A stretch of 64,000 nt of DNA, taken from assembly GCA_022820995.1 (NCBI GenBank), contig JAJEEM010000050.1, positions 1,140-65,139 of the forward strand, given 5' to 3'. Under the pieces are notes generated by a model. The model was not told the DNA's origin. It did not search any database and was given only the letters and a program-made list of their open reading frames with translations. The translations under genes and the position numbers were made by a program. Shown here one piece after another: positions 18,889-27,042 of this stretch. How positions within the stretch are numbered: position 1 is the first letter of the stretch; each line of letters starts with the position of its first letter. Origin of the DNA: Gemmatimonadota bacterium (lineage in GTDB: Bacteria > Gemmatimonadota > Gemmatimonadetes > Palauibacterales > Palauibacteraceae).

Positions 18889-20049
18889 TTACGGCAGGAA
18901 CATCTGGGCGATCGCCTCGCCGTACCGAGCCGAATCGAAGGGCAGCGCGTTCGTCTGAAGCGCCACGACGACTCCGTACTCGTCCCAGTTGCCGAGAAAG
19001 GATCGCGTCCCCTTCACCGTGCCGGTGTGGCTCGGATAGCGGCGCCCCGCCTGGTCCGTGCGGATGAACCAGGCCAGCGCCTGCTCGTGCGCGATCGGCT
19101 CGCCCAGTCCGTCCGCGGACGAGGGATCGATCTGACGGATTCCCGGCTCGAGTTGCGGCCGGTGCATCTCCGTCACCGTCTCGGGGCCGAGGAGCCGGCC
19201 GTCGTTGATCGCGATCGCGAAGCGGACGAGATCTTCCACGTTCGAGATGATCCCGCCGCCGGCGTACTTGTAGCTCGGGTCCTCCGGCGGGGCGTTGATG
19301 AAGCGGCCGGATTCACCCCGGACGTAGCCTCGGCCGCGGTGCTGCACGACCCGCGACGGGACATCGAACTGGGTGGCGAACATCCCGGCCGGCTCCCACA
19401 CGTAGCGCTTGAGGTACTCCTCGAAATCCATCCCCGACGCCGCCTCGACGACCCCGTGCTGCAGGTTGTGGGCGTGCGACGAGTACATCCACCCGGAGTC
19501 CGTGTCGTAGGCGAGGGGGTCGTCGCGCCACAGCTCCGTCGCCTCCTCGAAGGTGTCGTAATGCCGCAGGCTGAGCAGGTCGTGCGGGCCGAACTCGACC
19601 CCGTTGTAGTGCCTTATGCCCGACGTGTGGATGAGGATGTGCCGCACCGTGATCGGGAATTCACGTTCCGGATACCACGGCATGTACGTCTGGAGCGTCG
19701 CGTCGAGGTCCACCTTCCCCTGCTCGACGAGCTGCATGAGGCCGACCACGGCCAGCACCTTCGACACGGATCCCGTGTTGTGGACCGTCCGGCCGGTGGC
19801 GGGAGTGCGATTGTCGAGTTCGGCGACGCCCACGCCCTCCGAGAAGACGATCTCGCCGTCCACCGCCACCGCGACGGACAGCCCGGGAAGGTCGTTGTCG
19901 TGGCGGATCTGCTCCATGTAGTCGAGCAGCCCTTCCCGCGAATGGCTCTGGGCCGCCAGCGGGGCCGCGGCCTGCATGAGGAAGCAGAGGGTCAGTACGA
20001 GCGACAGCTGCGACAGTACGTTCGCCCGCGCACGGTTCGTGATCTTCAT
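18889..20049 (-). CDS. Secreted serine hydrolase, beta-lactamase class C-like family
   Basis: Signal peptide, SVSK (SxxK), LIHTSGI, YSS, HTG. Confidence 0.88.
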   Translation of the reverse strand: MKITNRARANVLSQLSLVLTLCFLMQAAAPLAAQSHSREGLLDYMEQIRHDNDLPGLSVAVAVDGEIVFSEGVGVAELDNRTPATGRTVHNTGSVSKVLAVVGLMQLVEQGKVDLDATLQTYMPWYPEREFPITVRHILIHTSGIRHYNGVEFGPHDLLSLRHYDTFEEATELWRDDPLAYDTDSGWMYSSHAHNLQHGVVEAASGMDFEEYLKRYVWEPAGMFATQFDVPSRVVQHRGRGYVRGESGRFINAPPEDPSYKYAGGGIISNVEDLVRFAIAINDGRLLGPETVTEMHRPQLEPGIRQIDPSSADGLGEPIAHEQALAWFIRTDQAGRRYPSHTGTVKGTRSFLGNWDEYGVVVALQTNALPFDSARYGEAIAQMFLP

Positions 20050-20129
20050 CGTTCCACTTCTCCGTCTGAAGACTTCCTCGGGCGCTCATGTACGCCCGAC
20101 GATCCAATCTCGACTGTTTCCCTGTGCCT

Positions 20130-20918
20130 CTATTCCTCGAGAAACGCCACCACGCGGCAGAAGGCGGCTTCCCCTCCCTTGAACTTCCAGGGGAAGCACC
20201 CGATGGTGAGCCGCCGGTTCTGCAGCTCCGGGGCGGCGATCCGTCCGCCGAGGTTCTCTATGTGCATGCAGTTATGCGGGAAGAGCGCATTGTGCGTGAG
20301 CTGATAGTGCTCCTCCGGGAACAGTTCATCCACGGCCGCGGCGCCGCCGAACACCTTCTCCGCCATCGCCCGCACGCGGTCGCAGTGTCCGAAGGTGCCC
20401 TTCCCGAGGAATCTCCCGATCGGGAGGTTCATGGGATGATCCGTGGAGATCGCGTCCACGCCCCACACCTTGATCTTCCGGTCGATGAGCCACTGCACCA
20501 TGTCGGGGTGCGCGCCGGGGTGGGTGTGCACGTAGCGCTCCTCGTTCGCCTCGGCGCCGAACTGCGCGAAGCGCTCCCAGCCCGTGTGCAGGATCAGGAG
20601 GTCCCCATCGCGGATCTCCACCCGCGATTCGATCATCTCGGGCGTGTACGCGGCGAGATCGCTCATCTCGTCGCGCAGGTCGACGATCACGCCGTCCCCG
20701 TACAGCCACTCGAGGGGGATCTCGTCGATCGTCATCCCGTTGGTCACGAAGTGGCGGGGGGCGTCGAGGTGCGTGCCCATGTGGTTCGAGGTCTGGATGT
20801 ACTGCGCGTTCACCCCGTGTTCGACCTTCCGCTTGATGTACTTCACTTCGAAGGGGGGATAGTAGGGCCAGAAGAAGCAGTCCTGATTGAGGGGCTGCGA
20901 GAGATCGTAGAGTTTCAT
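20130..20918 (-). CDS. Cyclase-family metal-dependent hydrolase (kynurenine formamidase/isatin hydrolase-like)
   Basis: HMGTHLDAPRH motif, LILHTGW, GVDAIS, IENL. Confidence 0.9.
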   Translation of the reverse strand: MKLYDLSQPLNQDCFFWPYYPPFEVKYIKRKVEHGVNAQYIQTSNHMGTHLDAPRHFVTNGMTIDEIPLEWLYGDGVIVDLRDEMSDLAAYTPEMIESRVEIRDGDLLILHTGWERFAQFGAEANEERYVHTHPGAHPDMVQWLIDRKIKVWGVDAISTDHPMNLPIGRFLGKGTFGHCDRVRAMAEKVFGGAAAVDELFPEEHYQLTHNALFPHNCMHIENLGGRIAAPELQNRRLTIGCFPWKFKGGEAAFCRVVAFLEE

Positions 20919-21015
20919 GAGCGCTCGGCTCCACCGGGTTCGAGGTTGAGGTGTCGAGGACTAACGGCCGTACGCTCCCCCATCCGGTCGGGGAACGCAA
21001 TGGCCTCCGCCCCGG

Positions 21016-22584
21016 TCACGGCGGTGGGATGGGGATGTCGAAGAGCGCCTTTACGGCGGGCTTTTGCACCTTGCCCATCGCGTTGCGGGGCAGGTCGTCG
21101 ACCAGGCGCCAGGCGCGAGGCACCTTGTAGCGGGCGAGCCGCTCCCGGACCCACGGATCCAGCCGCTCGGGGAGCGAGTCGGGTCGCGGCGCCGCGCCGG
21201 GCTCGGGGACGACCGCGGCGGCGATCCGTTCTCCCCAGTCTTCGTCGGGGATCCCGACCACGGCGCAGTCCCTCACGGCCGGGTGCGTGCGCAGGAGTTC
21301 CTCGATCTCGACCGCCGAGATCTTGTAGCCGCCGCTCTTGAGGATGTCGACGGAGCGGCGCCCCAGCAGGCGGTAGTAGCCGTCCTCGAGGACCGCCTCA
21401 TCTCCGGTCAGGAACCACCCGTCGACGAAGGCGGCCGCCGTCTCTTCGGGACGCCGCCAGTATTCGGAGAACACCATGGGGCCGCGGATCCGGATTTCCC
21501 CCGATTCTCCGGGCTCGAACGCTTCCACGCCCTCCGCGAGCACGCGCCCGGTGGCCGGGCGCACGAGGCGCAGGCCGACGCCGGGGAGCGGCTGGCCCAC
21601 GGTGCCCGCTCGCCGCTCGCCCTCGTAGGGATTCGAGAGCCCCATGCCGATCTCCGTCATGCCGTAGCGCTCGAGGAGCCGGTGCCCGGTGATCTCCTCC
21701 CACCGCTCGAACGCGCGCACGGGGAGGGCCGCCGAACCCGACACCATCAGCCGGAGCGCGCGGACGCCCCGCGACCATCGTTCGCGCGTGGAGCGGTCCG
21801 CCGCGTCCCAGGCGCGCAGGAGCTTCGCGTAGATGGTCGGCACGGCCATGAACACGCTGATGTCGCCCGAGGCCAGGCGTTCCCAGGTGGACGCCGGATC
21901 GAAGGACCCGCCGAACTCCACCGTGGCCCCCGCATGGAGCGGACAGCAGAGGGCGTTGACGATCCCGTGCGTGTGGTGGAGGGGGAGGACGTGGAGGATG
22001 CGGTCGTCGCGCTCCCACTTCCACGCGTCGAGCAGCGACCGGATGTGCGCCTCGATCTGGCCGTGCGTCGTCACGACGCCCTTGGGGCGTCCCGTCGTGC
22101 CGCTCGTGTAGAGGATCATCGCGGGTCGATCCAGTCCGACCGGTGGCAGCGGACCCGGGTCGGGGGCGTCGGACGCGGAGGCGCTCGCGTCCGGGTCGGA
22201 TGCGTCGTGGAACGGGATGCCGCGCTCCCGCGCGGGGCCCTCGACGCGGCGTCCCGTTTCTCCGGCTCCGATGAGCGCGGCGCAGTCCGCGTCATCGATC
22301 ACGTATTCGATCTCACGGGCGGGATGGTCCGGACAGAGGGGGACGGCGATCCCGCCGGCCCGCCAGATGGCCCACTGGGTGACGACGTACTCGAATCCCG
22401 GCTCCATGAGAAACCCCACCCGGGCCCCGTCGAGGTCGGCGGCACCGGCTCCGGCAAGGAGACATCGGGCCCGCCGCCGCGATTCCGCTTCGAGTTCGCC
22501 GTACGTGCGGGACGCGCCGCCCGAGAGCACCGCCGTCCTCGCCGACCACTCGCGGGGCGGATGAAAGAGACGCGGGACGGTCAT
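21016..22584 (-). CDS. Acyl-CoA synthetase (MatB/ACSF3-like)
   Basis: YTSGTTGRPKG, LPLHHTHG, SGSAAL, LERYGMTE, LPRNAMGKVQK. Confidence 0.9.
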   Translation of the reverse strand: MTVPRLFHPPREWSARTAVLSGGASRTYGELEAESRRRARCLLAGAGAADLDGARVGFLMEPGFEYVVTQWAIWRAGGIAVPLCPDHPAREIEYVIDDADCAALIGAGETGRRVEGPARERGIPFHDASDPDASASASDAPDPGPLPPVGLDRPAMILYTSGTTGRPKGVVTTHGQIEAHIRSLLDAWKWERDDRILHVLPLHHTHGIVNALCCPLHAGATVEFGGSFDPASTWERLASGDISVFMAVPTIYAKLLRAWDAADRSTRERWSRGVRALRLMVSGSAALPVRAFERWEEITGHRLLERYGMTEIGMGLSNPYEGERRAGTVGQPLPGVGLRLVRPATGRVLAEGVEAFEPGESGEIRIRGPMVFSEYWRRPEETAAAFVDGWFLTGDEAVLEDGYYRLLGRRSVDILKSGGYKISAVEIEELLRTHPAVRDCAVVGIPDEDWGERIAAAVVPEPGAAPRPDSLPERLDPWVRERLARYKVPRAWRLVDDLPRNAMGKVQKPAVKALFDIPIPPP

Positions 22585-22640
22585 CTCAACCGCATGCGTC
22601 GGTCACGGGTCCGAGTTGGCACCGCCGGGAAGGGTTCAGC

Positions 22641-22895
22641 CTACTTTGCGTGGGCTTCGTAGTACGCGCGGAGGATCGCATTGATCCTCGTCTGATATCC
22701 TCTGCCCTGTTCCTTCAACCACGCGAGAACATCGCTGTCGAGACGGATCGTGACCTGCTTCTTGCCGGGGGGAACCACGACCCGCGCCGTCGCGAAAAAC
22801 GAGGCATCGACCTCCGGGATGTCCGAGTAATCGATGTCCTCATCCGTCATCCGGTCGATCCGCTTCAGATCGCTCTTCATACGCTTGTTGCTCAC
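22641..22895 (-). CDS. brnA: BrnA antitoxin
   Basis: DEDIDYSDIPE..KKQVTIRLDSDVLAWLK..GRGYQTRINAILR; start may be the ATG at 22880. Confidence 0.92.
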   Translation of the reverse strand: MSNKRMKSDLKRIDRMTDEDIDYSDIPEVDASFFATARVVVPPGKKQVTIRLDSDVLAWLKEQGRGYQTRINAILRAYYEAHAK

Positions 22896-23130
22896 GGCTA
22901 TTCGCCTTTCTCATCGAGATGATCCGCGTGTTCCCGTTGCGTGTCGTGTGGGCGATGATCACCAGCCGGCCCTCAAGGAAGCCGAATGTGATGTAGCGCT
23001 CCTCTCCGTAGTCGAAACGTGTGTCTTCAAGAGTCAGACACGATCCGGAAAACACCTTCGGCGCATCTTCGAAGCTGAGACCGTGCTTCAGCCAGTTCTC
23101 GTCGTTCTTCTTTCCATCCCATTCATACAA
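22840..23130 (-). CDS. brnT: BrnT ribonuclease toxin
   Basis: EWD..KN..N..KHGLSFEDA..DYGEERY..RIISMRKA; TTG start. Confidence 0.92.
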   Translation of the reverse strand: MYEWDGKKNDENWLKHGLSFEDAPKVFSGSCLTLEDTRFDYGEERYITFGFLEGRLVIIAHTTRNGNTRIISMRKANSREQQAYEERSEADRPDDG

Positions 23131-23183
23131 TGCTCCCCCGCCCCTCCCATCCCCTTGTTAGACGCAAACATATTTCCGCATAA

Positions 23184-23221
23184 TACCTACACTTGTAGGT
23201 ACGTGGACGTTCCGATGTCAA
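23184..23221 (-). promoter_or_regulatory. brnTA promoter/operator: -35 TTGACA plus palindrome TACCTACA-CT-TGTAGGTA
   Basis: Perfect 8-2-8 inverted repeat at 23184-23201; minus-strand TTGACA at 23221-23216; AT-rich relative to the flanks; -10 is weak. Confidence 0.7.
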
Positions 23222-24138
23222 GAATCAGCAGTCAGGCCGTGCTCAGCCGTGCGCGGGTGGTAAGCGCGCCATAGCACGCGTTCCGTGAGGACGCGGATCA
23301 GGTGGCGTCGGTATTCCTCGGTTGCGTGCATGTCGGCGGCGGGTTCGGCGGTCTCCGCGCATGCGGCCGCGGCGGCTTCGATCGCTTCGGGCGTCGGCTT
23401 CTCGCCGACGAGCGTCTGCGCGGCCTCCCGCATCAGACATGGCGTGGAGCCCCCGTTCACGAGCGAGATGGCCGCGTCGTCGCAAACCCCGCTGGAGTTC
23501 AGCCGCACGCGCGCGGCCACGCCGGCGAGAGCGTAGTCGCCTCGGCGCCGGGCCACCTCCTCGAAGGCCGTCCCCTCCCGGGGGGCGGACGGCGGCACCT
23601 CGATCGCGGTCAGGAGTTCACCGGGCTCGAGCGCGGAGAAGAAGGGGCCGAGGAAGAAGTCGCCCAGGTCCAGCGTTCGCTCCACCCGGGAGCCGGACTC
23701 TCCGTCGCGCGCGCGGCGCGTGAGCCGGACCCGCGCCCCCAGCGTGAGGAGAACCGCGGGCAGTTCCGCGGCCGGATCGGCGTGGGCCACGGAGCCCCCC
23801 ACGGTGCCCCGCGAACGAATCTGGGGGTGCGCGATGAAGCGCGCGGCCTCCGCGAGGAGCGGGATCCGCCGTCCGATGAACGGGTCGCGTTCGAGCGCCG
23901 AGAGCCGGGTCATCGCCCCCAGAAGCAGCCCTCCGTCCTCCGTTTCCTCGACCCGCGACAGCGCCTCGATCCCGTTCAAGTCCACGAGACGTTCCGGCTC
24001 CGCAAGACGGAAGTTCAGCATAGGGACGAAGCTCTGTCCCCCCGCGAGAGGTCGGGCCTCCACCGAAATGTCCGCGAGCGCCTCCAGCGCTTCGTCGAGG
24101 GTGGCCGCAGCCACGTAGTCGAAGGGCGGCGGCTTCAC
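23218..24138 (-). CDS. Molybdenum hydroxylase FAD-binding (medium) subunit, CoxM/XdhB-like
   Basis: KPPPFDY, LAGGQS, IAHPQIRSRGTVGGSVAHADPAAELP. Confidence 0.92.
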   Translation of the reverse strand: MKPPPFDYVAAATLDEALEALADISVEARPLAGGQSFVPMLNFRLAEPERLVDLNGIEALSRVEETEDGGLLLGAMTRLSALERDPFIGRRIPLLAEAARFIAHPQIRSRGTVGGSVAHADPAAELPAVLLTLGARVRLTRRARDGESGSRVERTLDLGDFFLGPFFSALEPGELLTAIEVPPSAPREGTAFEEVARRRGDYALAGVAARVRLNSSGVCDDAAISLVNGGSTPCLMREAAQTLVGEKPTPEAIEAAAAACAETAEPAADMHATEEYRRHLIRVLTERVLWRAYHPRTAEHGLTADS

Positions 24139-26510
24139 GTCGTCTCTCCAGCCTGCGTCGACGCTTCGCGGAGCTTCCGGAGAAGTTCGAACAGGCGGCC
24201 CGGGCTGCAGGGGATGTCGAGGATCTCCAGCCCGGGGGCGATGTCGGCCAGCGCATCCTCGACGGCCTGCGCGAAGGCGGCCGCCACCGGGATCGCGCCG
24301 CCCTCCCCCACGCCCTTCGTCCCGAGAGGGTTCAGCGTCGAGGGCGTCTCCACGTGTGCGGTCTCGATCGGGGGGACGTCGGTCGAGGTCGGGAGAAGGT
24401 AGTCCATGAAGGAGGCGTTGCTCGTTCCGCCGAACTCGTCGAACACGAGTTCCTCGTAGAAGGCGTTCCCGATCCCCGCCGCGACGCCGCCGTGGATCTG
24501 GCCTTCGACGATCGTCGGGTTGATCACCGTCCCGCAGTCGTGCACGACGATGTAGCGCAGGATCTCGACCATCGCCGTCTCGGGGTCCACGGCGACGACC
24601 AGGGCGTGCGTCCCGTTCGCCGTCGTCCCGTACGGCGGGCCGAAGTACGAAGTCGCCTCCAGCCCGGGCTCGGTGCCCGGCTCCACGGCTCCCCGCAGCG
24701 GGTTGGCGTTCACCGCGAGCGCGCCGAGATCGACGGATAGCTCCGGGGCGCCCCGCACGCGGGCGGCGCCATCGGCGAGTTCGAGGTCATCGGGGTCGAC
24801 TTCGAGCGCCTCCGCGGCGTGTTTGAGGATCTTCTCGCGCACGGACAGCGCCGCGGCGTGGATCGCGTTGCCGGCGACGACCGCGCCGCGGCTCGCGAAG
24901 GTGCCCGTCCCCCAGTGGAAGTCGCTCGTGTCGCCCGTCACCACCCGCACGTCGGACGGCGTGACCCCGACGGCGTCGGCCACGATCTGCGCGAAGGAGG
25001 TGAAGTGTCCCTGGCCCTGGGTCCCGACGCCGGTCGCGAGACGGACCGTGCCGCCGGGTTCCACCGTGATACGGGCCCCCTCGTAGGGGCCGATCCCCGT
25101 CCCCTCCACGTAGTTGACGACGCCGACGCCGACCGCCCGTCCGTCCGCCTGCGCCCGCTCGCGTTCCCGCGGGAACGTCTCGTGGCCGACGAGGCGGACG
25201 GCCTCCTCCAGCGACGCCTCGTAACTCCCGCTGTCGTAGCGGAGCGGGGCGAAGTCCTGGTACATGATCTCGTGGTTGTACGGAAACTCGTCCGAGCGGA
25301 TCACGTTGCGGCGGCGAATCTCGACCGGATCGAGGCCGAGGCCCCGGGCCGCGAGGTCGAGCAGTCGCTCCATGACGAACACGCCGTGCTGCCGGCCGGC
25401 GCCGCGCACGGGCGTCACAATCGGTTTGTTCGTGAAGGCCACCCGGAACTCGCTCTCGTAGTTCGGCACCCGGTAGGGCCCGAGAAGCGTGCACTGGGTG
25501 TTGATGGGGATCGTGAGACCGTAGGGGTCGTACGCACCGGAGTCGTGGATGAAGATGTCCCGCACCCCCAGGATCCGGCCCTCGCGCGTGACCGCGATCT
25601 CCGCCTCGTGCAGTTGTCCGCGCTCCTGGGTGGTGGCGAAGAAGTTCTCGTACCGGTCCTCGACCCACTTCACGGGCCGCCCCAGCTGGATCGAGGCCCA
25701 GGGGATGAGGATCTCCTCCGCGTAGAACATGATCTTCGGGCCGAAACCGCCGCCCACGAACGGAGCGATGAACCGGACCTGCGACTCCGACAGGCCTAGG
25801 GCGGCGGCGACGACGTTGCGCACGGGAATGGGGGCCTGCGTCGTGTCCCACACCTGCAGCCGGTCGGCCCGCTCGTCCCACTCCGCCACGACGGCCCGGT
25901 TCTCGATCGCGCCGCCGATTCCCCGGTCGTAGGAGAAGCGGCGCTCCAGGACCAGGTCGGCCCGGGCGCGGGCGGCAGCGTAGTTCCCCTTCGTCTGCCG
26001 CACGTGTGCGGCGAGGTTCGACGGGAGGTCGTCGTGGATCCGCGGCGTGTCGTCATCGAGCGCACGCGCGAGATCCACGACGGGATCGAACGGTTCGATG
26101 TCCGCCTCCACGAGCTGGGCGGCGTCCTCGGCCACATAGCGGCTCTCCGCGACGATCATCGCCAGCGCCTCGCCCTGGTGGCGGATCCGGTCGCGGACGA
26201 GGGGGAGCGCCGTGCGGGCGTGGAACACCAGTCCCTCGAGCGGCGGCGGCGGCACGAGCACCGCGCCGGGCCGGAGAAGCGGACCGAGGTCGGCGGCCGT
26301 GAAGACGGCGTGGACCCCGGCGTGCGCCCGCGCGCTCGCGACATCGAGCCCGCGGAGCCGCCCGGCCGGCAGGTCGCTGCGGACGAAGGCAACGTGCAGG
26401 GCACCCGGCGGTTCGACGTCCTCGACGAACTGCGCATGGCCGGTCAGCAGCCTCGCGTCCTCGTTGCGCGGCACGCGCGCCCCGATCCAGGTCCCGCCCG
26501 CCCGGCTCAT
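24135..26510 (-). CDS. Molybdenum hydroxylase molybdopterin-binding (large) subunit, xanthine oxidase family
   Basis: RNEDARLLTG, VGGGFGPK, PVRGAGR, QGQGHFT, TFASR, DCG..INP.IVEGQIHGG, KGVGE; ATGA overlap start at 26510. Confidence 0.92.
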   Translation of the reverse strand: MSRAGGTWIGARVPRNEDARLLTGHAQFVEDVEPPGALHVAFVRSDLPAGRLRGLDVASARAHAGVHAVFTAADLGPLLRPGAVLVPPPPLEGLVFHARTALPLVRDRIRHQGEALAMIVAESRYVAEDAAQLVEADIEPFDPVVDLARALDDDTPRIHDDLPSNLAAHVRQTKGNYAAARARADLVLERRFSYDRGIGGAIENRAVVAEWDERADRLQVWDTTQAPIPVRNVVAAALGLSESQVRFIAPFVGGGFGPKIMFYAEEILIPWASIQLGRPVKWVEDRYENFFATTQERGQLHEAEIAVTREGRILGVRDIFIHDSGAYDPYGLTIPINTQCTLLGPYRVPNYESEFRVAFTNKPIVTPVRGAGRQHGVFVMERLLDLAARGLGLDPVEIRRRNVIRSDEFPYNHEIMYQDFAPLRYDSGSYEASLEEAVRLVGHETFPRERERAQADGRAVGVGVVNYVEGTGIGPYEGARITVEPGGTVRLATGVGTQGQGHFTSFAQIVADAVGVTPSDVRVVTGDTSDFHWGTGTFASRGAVVAGNAIHAAALSVREKILKHAAEALEVDPDDLELADGAARVRGAPELSVDLGALAVNANPLRGAVEPGTEPGLEATSYFGPPYGTTANGTHALVVAVDPETAMVEILRYIVVHDCGTVINPTIVEGQIHGGVAAGIGNAFYEELVFDEFGGTSNASFMDYLLPTSTDVPPIETAHVETPSTLNPLGTKGVGEGGAIPVAAAFAQAVEDALADIAPGLEILDIPCSPGRLFELLRKLREASTQAGETT

Positions 26511-27037
26511 GCTTCGCCCTCTCCGTCGGGGGCGGACCCGCCCGCCGCGAGGCGCTCGGCGGCGAGCGCGACGCCCTCCACGATGTTGTGGTAGCCCGTG
26601 CAGCGGCACAGGTGCCCGGACACGGCTTCGCGTATCTCCTCCCGCGACGGCGCCGGGTTCTCGCGCAGGAACGCCTCCGCCGTCATCAGGATCCCCGGCG
26701 TGCAGAAGCCGCACTGCAGGCCGTGCGCCTCGTGCAGGGCCCTCTGGACCGGGTGCAGATCCTCGACGCCGATCGGCTCTCCCGGCTGCACCTCGGCCAG
26801 CCCCTCCACCGTCGTCACCTCGTGCCCGTCGATCTGCACCGCGAACATGAGGCAGGCCCGGACCGGTTCCCCGTCCAGTTGCACGGTGCACGCCCCGCAC
26901 ACCCCGTGCTCACACCCCACGTGCGTCCCCGTGAGCCCGACCTCCGAGCGCAGGAAATCCGACAGGAGCAGCCGCGGCTCCACCTCGCCGGACCACTCGA
27001 TGCCGTTGATCCGGGCGGATATTCGTACGGAGGTCAA
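26507..27037 (-). CDS. Molybdenum hydroxylase [2Fe-2S] (small) subunit, CoxS-like
   Basis: GCEHGVCGACTV..C, QCGFCTPG, LCRCTGY; probable TTG start at 27037. Confidence 0.92.
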   Translation of the reverse strand: MTSVRISARINGIEWSGEVEPRLLLSDFLRSEVGLTGTHVGCEHGVCGACTVQLDGEPVRACLMFAVQIDGHEVTTVEGLAEVQPGEPIGVEDLHPVQRALHEAHGLQCGFCTPGILMTAEAFLRENPAPSREEIREAVSGHLCRCTGYHNIVEGVALAAERLAAGGSAPDGEGEA

Positions 27038-27042
27038 CGCCG

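Noticed and set aside
18889-20049. Antibiotic-resistance beta-lactamase
   Set aside because: SxxK/YxS/HTG pattern fits the broad esterase/peptidase branch; nothing supports beta-lactam hydrolysis
20078-20099. Hairpin TCGGGCG-N8-CGCCCGA between cyclase and serine hydrolase genes (also a hairpin near 2387-2403)
   Set aside because: No U-tract, and such short stems are common at this GC content; not called as terminators
24135-26510. Aerobic carbon monoxide dehydrogenase (coxL form I)
   Set aside because: Lacks the AYxCSFR Cu-binding motif, has S-L-M order, and no coxDEFG accessory genes are adjacent
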